A program made the position numbers and the translations under genes. A stretch of 64,000 nucleotides of DNA from Candidatus Poribacteria bacterium. GTDB taxonomy: Bacteria; Poribacteria; WGA-4E; WGA-3G. The notes beneath the pieces were generated by a model. It was not told where the DNA came from. It did not search any database and was given only the letters and a program-made list of their open reading frames with translations. Numbering within the stretch: position 1 is the first letter of the stretch; every line of letters starts with the position of its first letter. This document shows positions 38,797 through 48,929 of the stretch, in pieces. Where the stretch lies: the NCBI GenBank assembly GCA_965247285.1, contig CBDFHD010000003.1:228709-292708 (forward strand). The letters run 5' to 3'.

Positions 38797-40296
38797 ATGG
38801 AGACCAAGATTTCCGATGTCTTCCCGCCGAGATTTGCAAAAGAAGGGTTAACTTTTGACGATGTTTTGCTGATTCCGGCTGAATCGGATGTGCTGCCGGA
38901 TCAGGTGGATACGGGTACGCAACTGACACGTAATCTCCGGCTAAACATTCCTATTTGTAGTGCCCCTATGGATACTGTCACGGAATCTATTCTTGCTATT
39001 GTAATCGCGCGCGAGGGAGGCATCGGAATAATTCACTATAACTGCCCTATTGACGAGCAGGTATCTGAAGTCGATCGGGTGAAACGTTCGGAAAGTGGTA
39101 TGATTACCGCACCGATTACGCTAACGCAGGATAAGACGATTCGCGATGCCTTGCAAATAACAGAGCGTTACCGCATCGGTGGTGTCCCTATCGTAACAGA
39201 GGATGGTTACCTCGTTGGTTTGATTACCAACCGAGATCTCAAGTACGAAAACAATCTGGAACTCCCTGTAACCGCCCGAATGACGCCCGGTAAGGAGTTG
39301 ATTACCGCTTCCCCCGGAATTACACTTGATAAAGCCAAAGAGGTACTCCACAAATCCCGAAAAGAAAAACTGCCGATTGTGGATGAGGATTTTCGACTCT
39401 GCGGACTGATTACTATCAAAGATATTGACAAGGTCCAGATGTTTCCACAAGCCTGTAAGGACACTGCTGGACGTTTATGTGTCGGTGCCGCTGTTCTGCC
39501 TTCAACGCCCTTGGAGCACGTCGATAGGTTAGTGGCGGCGGGTGTAGATGTGCTTGTATTGGATACAGCACATGGACATTCCAAAAACGTAATCCGATCG
39601 ACAGAGTACATTAAGTCTCATTTCCCAGATGTTGAACTTGTCGCTGGGAATGTTGTTACGCCTGAAGGAACGCGAAGTCTCATTGATGCGGGTGCGGACG
39701 CGGTAAAGGTCGGTGTTGGTCCCGGTTCTATTTGCACAACCCGTGTGGTAGCAGGCGTTAGTATTCCGCAGATTACAGCAATTTACGATTGTGCACAGGA
39801 AGCGGATAAAGCAGGTGTGCCGATTATTGCCGATGGCGGTATTCGTTATTCTGGAGACATCGCCAAAGCCATTGGTGCGGGTGCCAGTTCTGTAATGATC
39901 GGGAGTCTACTTGCTGGTACGGACGAGAGTCCCGGAGATACTGTCATCTATCAGGGGCGAACATATAAGATTCACCGTGGAATGGGGTCATTGGGTGCAT
40001 TACGAAAACGAAGTGCCCAACTTTCAGAGGAGAGTAGCGAGGATATTTCCAAACTTGTCCCGCGTGGCATTGAGGGACGTGTGCCGCATAAAGGGAAACT
40101 TAGCAGTTTTGTCTATCAATTGGTCGGTGGCATCCGCTCGGCAATGGGCTATTGCGGGGCTTCGGACATTGAGGCGTTACGTAGGGATAGCCAATTTGTA
40201 CGGATGTCAAGTAGTGGCTACAGAGAAAGCCATCCCCACGATATCGATATTACCGAGGAAGCACCGAATTACACAGTAGCGCATCTTTCTCCATAA
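38797..40296 (+). CDS. guaB: Inosine-5'-monophosphate dehydrogenase
   Basis: [13 protein letters not shown], tandem CBS domains, the catalytic loop [11 protein letters not shown] and [12 protein letters not shown] are present. AAGGAG lies 8 nt before the ATG at 38797. Confidence 0.9.
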   Translation: METKISDVFPPRFAKEGLTFDDVLLIPAESDVLPDQVDTGTQLTRNLRLNIPICSAPMDTVTESILAIVIAREGGIGIIHYNCPIDEQVSEVDRVKRSESGMITAPITLTQDKTIRDALQITERYRIGGVPIVTEDGYLVGLITNRDLKYENNLELPVTARMTPGKELITASPGITLDKAKEVLHKSRKEKLPIVDEDFRLCGLITIKDIDKVQMFPQACKDTAGRLCVGAAVLPSTPLEHVDRLVAAGVDVLVLDTAHGHSKNVIRSTEYIKSHFPDVELVAGNVVTPEGTRSLIDAGADAVKVGVGPGSICTTRVVAGVSIPQITAIYDCAQEADKAGVPIIADGGIRYSGDIAKAIGAGASSVMIGSLLAGTDESPGDTVIYQGRTYKIHRGMGSLGALRKRSAQLSEESSEDISKLVPRGIEGRVPHKGKLSSFVYQLVGGIRSAMGYCGASDIEALRRDSQFVRMSSSGYRESHPHDIDITEEAPNYTVAHLSP

Positions 40297-40384
40297 CTAT
40301 TATTGGGACACCCTTTCCCTCTTGAATCCCGTAGGGGTGACAGGTCTGTAGGGGAGGGCAGTCCAGGAGGCCATAATTAAAAAA

Positions 40385-40933
40385 ATGAAAGTTAACGAAG
40401 AAATGTCTTTTTGGGATAGGCTCTATATCCCTGCGATGATTAAGGGAATGTTTACTACCCTGAAACATATCCCGAAAAAGAAGTTAACCTATCAATACCC
40501 TGAAGATTCTCGGAGTGTGGATGAACGGAATGATCGGTACCGCGGCATTCACAAACTGACGGTAACAGAAAAAGACGAGATTAAATGCGTAGCATGTTTC
40601 TTGTGCGCGACTGCCTGTCCTGCTGATTGCATCACAATTCAGGCGGCACCTGCCCCAGACGGTTGGCAAACCAAGGAAGGCTATCAGCGCGAAAAATACC
40701 CCGATGTCTTCGAAATCAATATGCTCCGTTGCATATTTTGTGGTTATTGCATCGAGGCTTGCCCTGAAGACGCTATTCGGATGACGGGGTTAACACTCCC
40801 TCAATACTTCCGTGAACGTCAAAAAGAGGGAGAAAGTCTTGGAAGTTCCCGCAGTGACTTCATCTTTGATCGGGACATGCTCGTCGCGAACAACGACATT
40901 CCACAAGAAGGGCTTAGTGTTGAAGCGAAGTAG
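40385..40933 (+). CDS. nuoI: NADH-quinone oxidoreductase subunit I-like 2x[4Fe-4S] ferredoxin, standalone
   Basis: Two CxxCxxCxxxCP clusters are present (CVACFLCATACP and CIFCGYCIEACP), within a NuoI-like N- and C-terminal context. No other nuo genes are adjacent. Confidence 0.7.
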   Translation: MKVNEEMSFWDRLYIPAMIKGMFTTLKHIPKKKLTYQYPEDSRSVDERNDRYRGIHKLTVTEKDEIKCVACFLCATACPADCITIQAAPAPDGWQTKEGYQREKYPDVFEINMLRCIFCGYCIEACPEDAIRMTGLTLPQYFRERQKEGESLGSSRSDFIFDRDMLVANNDIPQEGLSVEAK

Positions 40934-41506
40934 GTGGACCGGTCGAGACAATTGATGGCATCATACGCTCCCTTCCCGAATAAGAAGTACAGCATCATAT
41001 ACGCGGATCCGCCATGGGATTACAAGGGACAGCTCCAACACACGGGAAGCGGTGGCAAGGATAGTGGCGGTGCGGTTCGACATTATCCCACTGTCTCGGT
41101 GCCAGAAATGAAGACATGGGATGTTGCCTCAATTAGCGAAGAGGATTGTCTGCTTTTTATGTGGAGTTCTTCTCCGCATCTTGATCAGGCGATTCAACTT
41201 GGCAAGGCGTGGGGGTTTCGGTGGGCGACGGTCGCTTTTGTCTGGGATAAGCAACGCCTGAACCCCGGTTTTTACACGATGAGTCAATGTGAGTTATGCC
41301 TTGTTTTCAGGCGTGGAAAAATTCCACAACCGCGAGGCGCAAGAAATATGAGGCAACTCGTTCAGATTAAACGGACACGCCACTCTGAAAAACCGGATGC
41401 TGTGCGTGAACGGATTGAGAAAATGTTTCCACACCAGTGTAAGATTGAACTGTTCGCTCGAAAGCGGCACCAAGGCTGGGACGCATGGGGACTCGAAATT
41501 CACTAA
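40934..41506 (+). CDS. MT-A70-family DNA N6-adenine methyltransferase (orphan)
   Basis: The catalytic DPPW motif appears in IIYADPPWDY. Its ~180-aa size is typical of phage or orphan MT-A70 enzymes. A GTG start lies at 40934, immediately after the nuoI stop, with an alternative ATG at 40955. Confidence 0.75.
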   Translation: MDRSRQLMASYAPFPNKKYSIIYADPPWDYKGQLQHTGSGGKDSGGAVRHYPTVSVPEMKTWDVASISEEDCLLFMWSSSPHLDQAIQLGKAWGFRWATVAFVWDKQRLNPGFYTMSQCELCLVFRRGKIPQPRGARNMRQLVQIKRTRHSEKPDAVRERIEKMFPHQCKIELFARKRHQGWDAWGLEIH

Positions 41507-41865
41507 CTTCGTGAAGTCTGCTGTGTCTTTAGCACATTAGCTGAGCCGATAAGGCGGGAGCGGGAATATTAATTTTTAGTTATTACTTCGGTTGAGAGAA
41601 TCACAAAACACGAACTACGAAGGTGTTTCTGGCTAAAGTTGGGGTTGTATTGATATCGGTGAACTTTTATAACTGCCACAACTTTAAGCGTTACACGTAT
41701 ACAAGAAATATCGCGTACCTCGTGTTATATTTGCTGTCAACCTATAAATTTATTAACAGACCGAGCGTGACGGTTTTGGTTAACATTGAACCGTTGTGCT
41801 TCATCGGGCATTCACACATTTATTTGCCTAAATTTATTTGAAAGGCGTACAATCGAATCGACCCA

Positions 41866-44670
41866 ATGCAAGGATTATCGCTTAATTTTCGTTCGGAAAC
41901 GCTTTTAGCGTTGACTGATAAAATCAAATCCAGTATTGAGGGGCGGATGAGTTGGGGAGATACCTTTGGCTTGGGACTTGGTGTGAAGTCGGATAAACAT
42001 CTGATCGTTTGGACACCAAAAGAGAGCTCAGAGGGCGATATTCTACCCGGTTTTGACTCAGAAGATGGCGAGCTTACAGTGAAGATGCGGCCGCGTCCAG
42101 GGGCATGGGTTTCCTGGATTGACGAGGCGAAGGTCACAGCCGAGACACAGGACGACTATGACCGGGTCCACAGAAGCATACAAGAATTGGAGCGGAATGC
42201 ACGCCAAATCACAGATTTCGCCGAGGGTGTTGTCGCGGACATCACTATTCAAAACTTGGGAAAATCCCTAACACTTTCCGAACTCGCTCAGGATGTTTTG
42301 AAAGCGCGCTTGACAATACCCAGTACGATCAAAACTGGTGGGTATGTGCTCGCACAGATTGATGACACTGATACTCAGGTGATGCCTCCGACTACTGTTA
42401 TCATTCCAGAGCAAACCCACATTCATCGTGTTCATCTCAATGAAGATGCGCTTTTTGACCAAATACTCGCGCGGGACTACAACCTGCTCCTTGTGGTCAT
42501 CAGAACCCATATTAAGCAGTACCCTGACCTGATCGATTTGGGGTACGGTTTAACACTTCATACCCGGCTGTCTAATGTGTTTGATGATCAAGCCGCAGAG
42601 GCATCGGAGGCGATTGAAGAAGGGTTTGATCCCATTCAAGTGATTGCCACAGCGGCGGTTTACGATCCTCTTGAACCGGAAACACTTCAGTTAGTGCCTA
42701 TCGCATTCAACGCACCCGCTGAGGAAATTGAGACCGCAATTGGCGAAAGCTCGAAGAAAATCGAAACGTACACGGTGAAAGCCAATCAGAACGCCTATCA
42801 ACTCATGGCGCAATTCCAACAGGGTGTGGAAACCCGTTTGAGAGCCCTTGTCCTTGGACCTGGGCAACGCGTCCATAATAAGGTATGGGACGATCTGGTG
42901 ATCCGTGAATTACGGAATACTGTGCTTGTTTTCGTCGAATTCTATGAGGAATATCTCACCGAACATTTTGAGGCATCAGTCGCGGCGGCGAAAACCGAAA
43001 TTCTCAAAGAGAATATTGACCCCATGATAGAATTTTGGCAGCTACAGGATAATCAACAGTTAACCCTGAATCACCTCATTCAATCCTCCTACAAACTGGC
43101 GAATCAGGTGCTGGATCGAGCTGCCGGGTTGTTTCATGATCTGGTGTTTGAACAGGACTTTATTGAAACCGAGCTTGTCAAGCCGGTGGAGCTCTCAATT
43201 TTTGAGAATAACGAACTCTTAAACGAAATTTACTTGCCGCAATGGACGCGTGGAACGGTGCGAGAGAAAATGACAGGTATTACTCTTCGCTCGACTTTAC
43301 ACGCGACTCAAGTCGAACGTTTGACGACCATTTGGTTGGAATTGCTGGAACTCGCGAACTTCGCAAGTCAACACAAGCAGGATTTTGAAGCCGTTATTCA
43401 ACCGTTAGTCAATCTCCTATTAGCCGCTGAAGCAGGGAAACCAACACAGCGCCGGAGTCAGCAGGCACAGCATCGAGGGGGTGCCACCAATTTTGAGGGT
43501 TTTGAGATTCCTGATGACATTTTCCTGCAGCTACTTGACCATGTAAAACTGCATTTACCAACTATGAAGCAATGGTTGCTGAACACGCCTTCAACAGTGG
43601 ACGAGCAACAACATTACGCAACTTTGTGGGCGTTGGTGCTTGATGGTAGACTACGTGAGCGGCTCCTTGCTGATATTCAACCGACCTGTGATATTAATCT
43701 GAGTGTACCCGACCAGACCAAAAGGTTAATCAACCTCATGTTGGGAAGCACACTTATTATCCACGCTGAGAAGGACCGTAAGTTAATAGAGCGTAACCTG
43801 AACCGGGCGATTATTTCAAAGACCGGACACGAATTGGCAAATGTCACAACAGCGGTGATGCTTGCTATCCATGGTGACACCCTACTCGAAATCCTTTACG
43901 AGGAATTGCTGGGTTATCATGACATTTTGGCAAAACGGGCAGGTCGGCTCGCGAATGCCCCTCAAAAAGGGAAGAAGCGAAAGCGTGGGCAAGCACAAAG
44001 TAACGGTGCAGCGAACACCGAGATGATTGAGGCGGAACAGAAAAAAGTTGAGGAACTCATGACTTTCCTCAGACCCTACCGGCAAGAAGAAGTTATCACC
44101 ACTTTAGTGACAGCCGGTATCGATCCACGTGCTATTAACCTTGAAGAGATCCGGAAGCAGCAGGTCCTCGGTTTCGATGTAAGTGATTTACCCGCAATAG
44201 ACGAAACATGGCTCGGTGATAGTAAGAGCGTTGAAGATTATCCAAATTTGCGGGTGTTCCTCCTGCAAAATGAGCTTCCGATATCGACGACCGGCAGGTT
44301 GCTTATGAAATTGCGGCAGCAATTTCCGGATGAACTCTTCAATCACGTGTTAGGACTCATCCAAGAGGTTAAAGCACTTCAGGGCGATGATTTTAAGGGG
44401 GATCTGCTCAATCAGTTTGTCACCTATATCTCCGAGAAAGTGTGGCGATGGGAACTAACGCAGATTACGGAAGCCGAACTCCCGCTCTTGTTGAAGGAAA
44501 AAGTGCTTGCATCGGCGATCTGCTATGAAAAAGAGGTTGATACCTTGCTCGAATACGTTGAGCGTTACGATGAACTGGTATCTACGAAACTGGCAGTAGG
44601 TTCAGAAATGGACAACCACCGTCAATATATTGAGGAACAATTTCAGGCAATCGTTGAAACCCTTTTATAG
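41866..44670 (+). CDS. Large hypothetical protein (934 aa, predicted mostly alpha-helical)
   Basis: It is a single uninterrupted ORF. I see no Walker motif, nuclease motif or other recognisable domain. It is preceded by ~350 nt of AT-rich DNA. Confidence 0.55.
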   Translation: MQGLSLNFRSETLLALTDKIKSSIEGRMSWGDTFGLGLGVKSDKHLIVWTPKESSEGDILPGFDSEDGELTVKMRPRPGAWVSWIDEAKVTAETQDDYDRVHRSIQELERNARQITDFAEGVVADITIQNLGKSLTLSELAQDVLKARLTIPSTIKTGGYVLAQIDDTDTQVMPPTTVIIPEQTHIHRVHLNEDALFDQILARDYNLLLVVIRTHIKQYPDLIDLGYGLTLHTRLSNVFDDQAAEASEAIEEGFDPIQVIATAAVYDPLEPETLQLVPIAFNAPAEEIETAIGESSKKIETYTVKANQNAYQLMAQFQQGVETRLRALVLGPGQRVHNKVWDDLVIRELRNTVLVFVEFYEEYLTEHFEASVAAAKTEILKENIDPMIEFWQLQDNQQLTLNHLIQSSYKLANQVLDRAAGLFHDLVFEQDFIETELVKPVELSIFENNELLNEIYLPQWTRGTVREKMTGITLRSTLHATQVERLTTIWLELLELANFASQHKQDFEAVIQPLVNLLLAAEAGKPTQRRSQQAQHRGGATNFEGFEIPDDIFLQLLDHVKLHLPTMKQWLLNTPSTVDEQQHYATLWALVLDGRLRERLLADIQPTCDINLSVPDQTKRLINLMLGSTLIIHAEKDRKLIERNLNRAIISKTGHELANVTTAVMLAIHGDTLLEILYEELLGYHDILAKRAGRLANAPQKGKKRKRGQAQSNGAANTEMIEAEQKKVEELMTFLRPYRQEEVITTLVTAGIDPRAINLEEIRKQQVLGFDVSDLPAIDETWLGDSKSVEDYPNLRVFLLQNELPISTTGRLLMKLRQQFPDELFNHVLGLIQEVKALQGDDFKGDLLNQFVTYISEKVWRWELTQITEAELPLLLKEKVLASAICYEKEVDTLLEYVERYDELVSTKLAVGSEMDNHRQYIEEQFQAIVETLL

Positions 44671-44880
44671 TAAAATCCGAGAATATGTTCACACTTGTAG
44701 CATAGGAAACCGTTAGCCTGTGCCAAGTACCTTCACAGTTCGCGTGACAATACGAGTGTATAAGTAATTACGGAATCTACTATAATATGATTTTTAGGTT
44801 TCTAACTTTGTATCGGTATTGCAGAAATGATTTGCAAGCGCGCCCGTCACAAGAAGTGCGGTTGTAAATCGTGCCTGTAA

Positions 44881-44995
44881 ATATAGTAAAGCCCGAAAAT
44901 ATGTGAACACAACGGATTTGGGAATCTCCCGCCTCGCTGGCGAGGTTTCCTAACCTCGCTAACTCTAATATATAGGTAATTATAGGTTTTACTAT
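44881..44995. repeat. MITE family 1 copy B
   Basis: TATAGTAAAGCCCGAAAATATGTGAACA...CTCGCTGGCGAGGTTTCCTAACCTCGC...ATAGGTTTTACTATA ends 27 nt upstream of the 45022 start codon. Confidence 0.65.
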
Positions 44996-45021
44996 AAATG
45001 GACTTTTTGTAAGGGTGATAG

Positions 45022-45933
45022 ATGAAAGTAGCTTTATTGGGCAACAGTCAGTTAGCCGTCTTGACTGCCTGGGGCTTGTCTCAATCGGAGGTGGCGCGTG
45101 AAGTTGCCTTTGTGTCGGATGCAGCGTCAAACAAAAATAGGTTTGTTCATCCAAAAGAGGGCACACCGGGAAACCTCCGAGACCTTGTGGAAGCAAACGC
45201 TTTAAGTACAAGTGACACCGCGATTTCTTCCTACGATTCGTTAGACGGATTGGCGAATGCAGACGTGGTTGTTCTGTTGCCACCGGTAGGTCAATCTGTT
45301 TTTCGGTCTCCTCAAGCCTCGAAGACGACAGGTATCGCGCTCGTTCGGAGGTTTGTAACCGGAATTCAGCAGTATGCATCGGATGCGAAAATTCTGGTGG
45401 CAATATCACCCACAAATTACATCTCTGCATGGATACATCAGACGCTCGATGGAGGACAAATTATCGGGCTCGGAAACGGGGCTGCTACGGCACACTTAGC
45501 CTCTGAAATTGCAAAACGTGTTGATGTTTCCGTGAAAGACGTGACGGCTCTGGCGATCGGAAGTGACCAACAGAGGTACCCGCTTCCACAGTACTGCCGA
45601 GTGAACGGTATTCCGCTCGTTCAACTGATGTCCGAAACTGACATTGAAAGTCTCTGTGAGTCCGTTACGCAGCGTTGCCCGTATACCATGAGCGGCGAAT
45701 GGACATTGGTAAGTCATATTTTGCAGGTTGTTTCGGCTATTGCTCTTGATAAGAGACGAGTGATGAGTGTCGGCACACGTATTTCAGCGGGGACAACATC
45801 GGTTTACCTGAATGTTCCAGCACAGCTCGGATACGATGGTGTCGCTTCTATTGTCCCACTTGAGTTGACGGAGCAACAACGTGAGCAGTTTAGACAATTA
45901 GTTGCCCAGAGTGCCGCAGACCAAGTTCTATAG
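45022..45933 (+). CDS. Divergent lactate/malate dehydrogenase-family protein
   Basis: The N-terminus MKVALLGNSQLAV, the central ...GLGNGAATAHLASEIAKRVDVSVKDVTALAIGSDQQRYPLPQYCRVNGIPL and an LDH/MDH C-terminal domain pattern are present. The GxGxxG motif is degenerate. AAGGGTGA precedes the ATG. Confidence 0.5.
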   Translation: MKVALLGNSQLAVLTAWGLSQSEVAREVAFVSDAASNKNRFVHPKEGTPGNLRDLVEANALSTSDTAISSYDSLDGLANADVVVLLPPVGQSVFRSPQASKTTGIALVRRFVTGIQQYASDAKILVAISPTNYISAWIHQTLDGGQIIGLGNGAATAHLASEIAKRVDVSVKDVTALAIGSDQQRYPLPQYCRVNGIPLVQLMSETDIESLCESVTQRCPYTMSGEWTLVSHILQVVSAIALDKRRVMSVGTRISAGTTSVYLNVPAQLGYDGVASIVPLELTEQQREQFRQLVAQSAADQVL

Positions 45934-46085
45934 AAGTTTCATAGAATAGAATGTAGGTGTTTTTGCTTGGGTGTTTCCCCCAGGTTGAACAGAGCACAGT
46001 AAGACCCGCACCGGCACAACAAGGAAGCCAAAAGTGTTTCTAAGTAGCGCGGAGACCAAAATACCCAGTGAAACCCAACTTTGTT

Positions 46086-46127
46086 CTGACAACTGACAAC
46101 TGACAACTGACAACTGACAACTGACAG
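46086..46127. repeat. Heptanucleotide microsatellite (CTGACAA)x5 plus CTGACAG
   Basis: This perfect tandem array ends 10 nt upstream of the 46138 start codon. Confidence 0.7.
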
Positions 46128-46137
46128 CTACTAAAAA

Positions 46138-47244
46138 ATGAGAGAAATATACCAAAAAATTTCAGAACTAATTGAGTCTGATCAAGTCGGTGCATACTGC
46201 ACTGTTGTAGAGACGAAAGGCTCAACACCACAAAAACCCGGCTCAAAGCTCTTGATTCTCCCGGATTTGCGGAACATTGGGACACTCGGGGGTGGTTGTG
46301 TTGAAGCCGAAGCGCGGCGACAGGCGATCGGGCTAATGCAAGACGGTGTGCCGCGGCTGCTTGAGTTTCAATTAGATAGCGATTACGGTTGGGACGATGG
46401 GCTCATCTGCGGCGGGAATATGAAAATCTTTATTGATCTGCCGAAGACCTCCGCTGAAGCTGAGATGTTTGAGAGACTCCAAGCGTTGAACGCGGAAAAA
46501 GTCCCACTCGTCTGGGCTACAGTTGTAACGAGTGAAAAGCAGGGCGTTGATGTTGGCATGAAGATGATCTTTGCTAACACGGGTGAACATATCGGCACGT
46601 TAGGCGATCCGGTTTTGGAAGCGGCAGTGCAAGAGGAGACTACGAAGGTACTTGAGCGGAACAGTGCTGGCTTGTTTCAGGAGAATGAAACGGCTTCGGT
46701 CTTCTTAGAGCCGCTACAGCCAAGACCGACGTTGCTGATCGCAGGCGCAGGACATGTCGGTCAGGCACTCTGTCATCTGGGGAGCTGGTTGGATTTCGAC
46801 ATTGTTATTGTTGATGACCGTGCCGACTTTGCCTCCGCTGAGCGGTTGCCGGAGGCGGACAAAATTATCATCGGCGATATCGAAACGGAACTCCGAAAAT
46901 ATCCGATTACCCCACTGACATACGTTGTGATTGTCACCCGTGGGCATCAGCACGATGAATCGGCACTCCAGAGTGTTGTTGAATCGGATGCCTGTTACAT
47001 CGGCTTAATTGGCAGTCGTCGTAAGATTAAACTGATATTTGACGATTTGCTGGAGGCGGGGATTTCCAAGGAGAGGCTTCAGCGAGTTTACGCACCCATC
47101 GGACTTGATATTAACTCGAAAACAGTACCGGAGATCGCAGTCAGCATCGCATCGCAGCTCGTCCAGATCCACAACGCTACTGACGCTGTTGGCACCTTTG
47201 ACGCACAGCCGACGCGAATGCCTACTGTTAAAATAGTGGGGTGA
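46138..47244 (+). CDS. XdhC/CoxI-family molybdenum-cofactor insertion accessory protein
   Basis: The XdhC N-terminal domain YCTVVETKGSTPQKPGSKLLI...GTLGGGCVEAE and the Rossmann-like C-terminal domain LLIAGAGHVGQAL...VVIVTRGHQHD are present. Confidence 0.8.
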   Translation: MREIYQKISELIESDQVGAYCTVVETKGSTPQKPGSKLLILPDLRNIGTLGGGCVEAEARRQAIGLMQDGVPRLLEFQLDSDYGWDDGLICGGNMKIFIDLPKTSAEAEMFERLQALNAEKVPLVWATVVTSEKQGVDVGMKMIFANTGEHIGTLGDPVLEAAVQEETTKVLERNSAGLFQENETASVFLEPLQPRPTLLIAGAGHVGQALCHLGSWLDFDIVIVDDRADFASAERLPEADKIIIGDIETELRKYPITPLTYVVIVTRGHQHDESALQSVVESDACYIGLIGSRRKIKLIFDDLLEAGISKERLQRVYAPIGLDINSKTVPEIAVSIASQLVQIHNATDAVGTFDAQPTRMPTVKIVG

Positions 47245-47250
47245 TAAAAG

Positions 47251-47607
47251 ATGAAGGACATTCAGATAACAGAGGACAAAACCTATACGCTTTCGGAAGT
47301 TATAGACTTTGTAAAACAGACGTTAGACCGCGTTAGCGAAAAGTCTACCCGGGACCCACTGCGATATTCGTCCACTGATGTGTATTGGCTACTACATGAC
47401 ATGCTTCGGTATGTGAACAGGAATATCCCAGGTGAATTTATCCTGTTGCAGACCCAGAAAGGTACTTACCGAGTGACATACGCGGCTAAAGATTCTGCGA
47501 AACAGAAATCCAGTAGAAAACTCCAGGCGGAGGTAAACCGAACCGCCCGTTATCTCGAAGAGCTAACCGGCAGAAAGCCATCGTGGGGTGAAAAAGAAGA
47601 ACAGTAG
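47251..47607 (+). CDS. Hypothetical protein
   Basis: This 118-aa ORF directly follows xdhC with an upstream purine-rich stretch. It is followed by the hairpin GGTGCGGTTTCCTAACCGCACC at 47657-47678. Confidence 0.45.
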   Translation: MKDIQITEDKTYTLSEVIDFVKQTLDRVSEKSTRDPLRYSSTDVYWLLHDMLRYVNRNIPGEFILLQTQKGTYRVTYAAKDSAKQKSSRKLQAEVNRTARYLEELTGRKPSWGEKEEQ

Positions 47608-47921
47608 TAGGCACACGCCGTGGGTTCTCTGTAACCAACCCACCAGAGCCCGGTAGGTGCGGTTTCCTAACCGCACCGGATTCCACAATCATTTCCCACT
47701 AATTTGTTTCTCCCCTTTTTAATCCCATAGGGTTTATTTGCTTGTATTTTTCGATATATTTATAGAAACACGTCCTACCTCCTTTCATGGGTTTCCCTGT
47801 AAGTATGGTATCTGTATGGACATTGATTTCTTGACGCTTGCTACCAAATGTGCTATTATTTTAACAAGCGGTTACTATAATGAGTCTATTCGTGGTCTCA
47901 GCGGGACGAAAGGGGTAGTTC

Positions 47922-48683
47922 ATGGAAATCATAAATTGGCTAAATGCGAATGATGGTGCTATAATAGGGATTGCTGCTGTTGTACTTGTGATTATCATGG
48001 GTTATTACGTCTATCTCATGTGGCGGATCCTAAAAGCGAATAATACACCTGAAATTGCTATCTCACTCCGTCCCCACGAAGCACATATCCATTGTGTCAT
48101 GCTTTGCATAGAGAATATAGGGACAGCCGAAGCTCGCAATGTCCAATTCCAAACAGACTTTTCTTTTAAACCAGATGGAGAAAGAGCCCTTGAGGATGTG
48201 AGTTTCCTCAGGAACGGGATTGATTACCTCGGTCCTGGACAGAAGAAGGAGCATTTTTTAGTGAGTGTTATCGGCAAATTGGATGACCTCAAAAAAACAC
48301 CGCTTGAGATCGGGGTTACCTATAGGGATTCGGTGAAAAGGACGTATCAACGTGCCTTTCATCTTGATTTTGGCGAGAATGATGGTTACGCTCGGATTGG
48401 CAAACCTCCGCTTTTTGAGATAGCCGAGGCTACTCAAGGCATTAAGAGAAATTTATATCATCTAACCACCGGTGTTTATAAACCGATAATTCTTACGGAG
48501 CCACTAGATAAGCATTGCATGGGAGAGCGAGTTAGTTTGTTGGAAAAGCGGATAGATCAGCTCCCTAATGAAGTTCAACAAGAAATCTTAAAAGAATTTG
48601 ACTTGGTTATCAGCAAGCAAGAACATGAATTGCTGAAAAAAGCGCGAAATGAGGAGACACCTACGGACGAGAATACCTCATGA
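47922..48683 (+). CDS. Hypothetical membrane protein
   Basis: AAAGGGG precedes the ATG. There is one N-terminal TM helix. I see no known domain. Confidence 0.45.
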   Translation: MEIINWLNANDGAIIGIAAVVLVIIMGYYVYLMWRILKANNTPEIAISLRPHEAHIHCVMLCIENIGTAEARNVQFQTDFSFKPDGERALEDVSFLRNGIDYLGPGQKKEHFLVSVIGKLDDLKKTPLEIGVTYRDSVKRTYQRAFHLDFGENDGYARIGKPPLFEIAEATQGIKRNLYHLTTGVYKPIILTEPLDKHCMGERVSLLEKRIDQLPNEVQQEILKEFDLVISKQEHELLKKARNEETPTDENTS

Positions 48684-48698
48684 AAGGAGATGAAACGG

Positions 48699-48929
48699 AT
48701 GGCAATTACAATTTATATCTACTCTAATAAGGGGGTGCCTATAGAAATTTCTGACTATGCGGCGGAGCCATTAACAGGTAACAATAAACGGTTATCACTT
48801 GAAGAATTCGATGTTTTGGCAGATAAATTGGCAGACCTATCTATGAAAATTGACGGTCCTGATGCCCAGCCATTATCCGATTACGCGATGAGCCGCGAAA
48901 GCATATATGAAGATTATCCAAAATTATGA
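48699..48929 (+). CDS. Putative antitoxin partner of the downstream PIN toxin
   Basis: This 76-aa ORF follows AAGGAG by 9 nt. Its stop overlaps the PIN start (ATGA), the classic type II TA organisation. Confidence 0.45.
   Translation: MAITIYIYSNKGVPIEISDYAAEPLTGNNKRLSLEEFDVLADKLADLSMKIDGPDAQPLSDYAMSRESIYEDYPKL

Noticed and set aside
41623-41841. A 72-aa ORF in the AT-rich spacer before the 934-aa gene.
   Set aside because: It has AT-driven composition, no RBS, and low-complexity, hydrophobic content.
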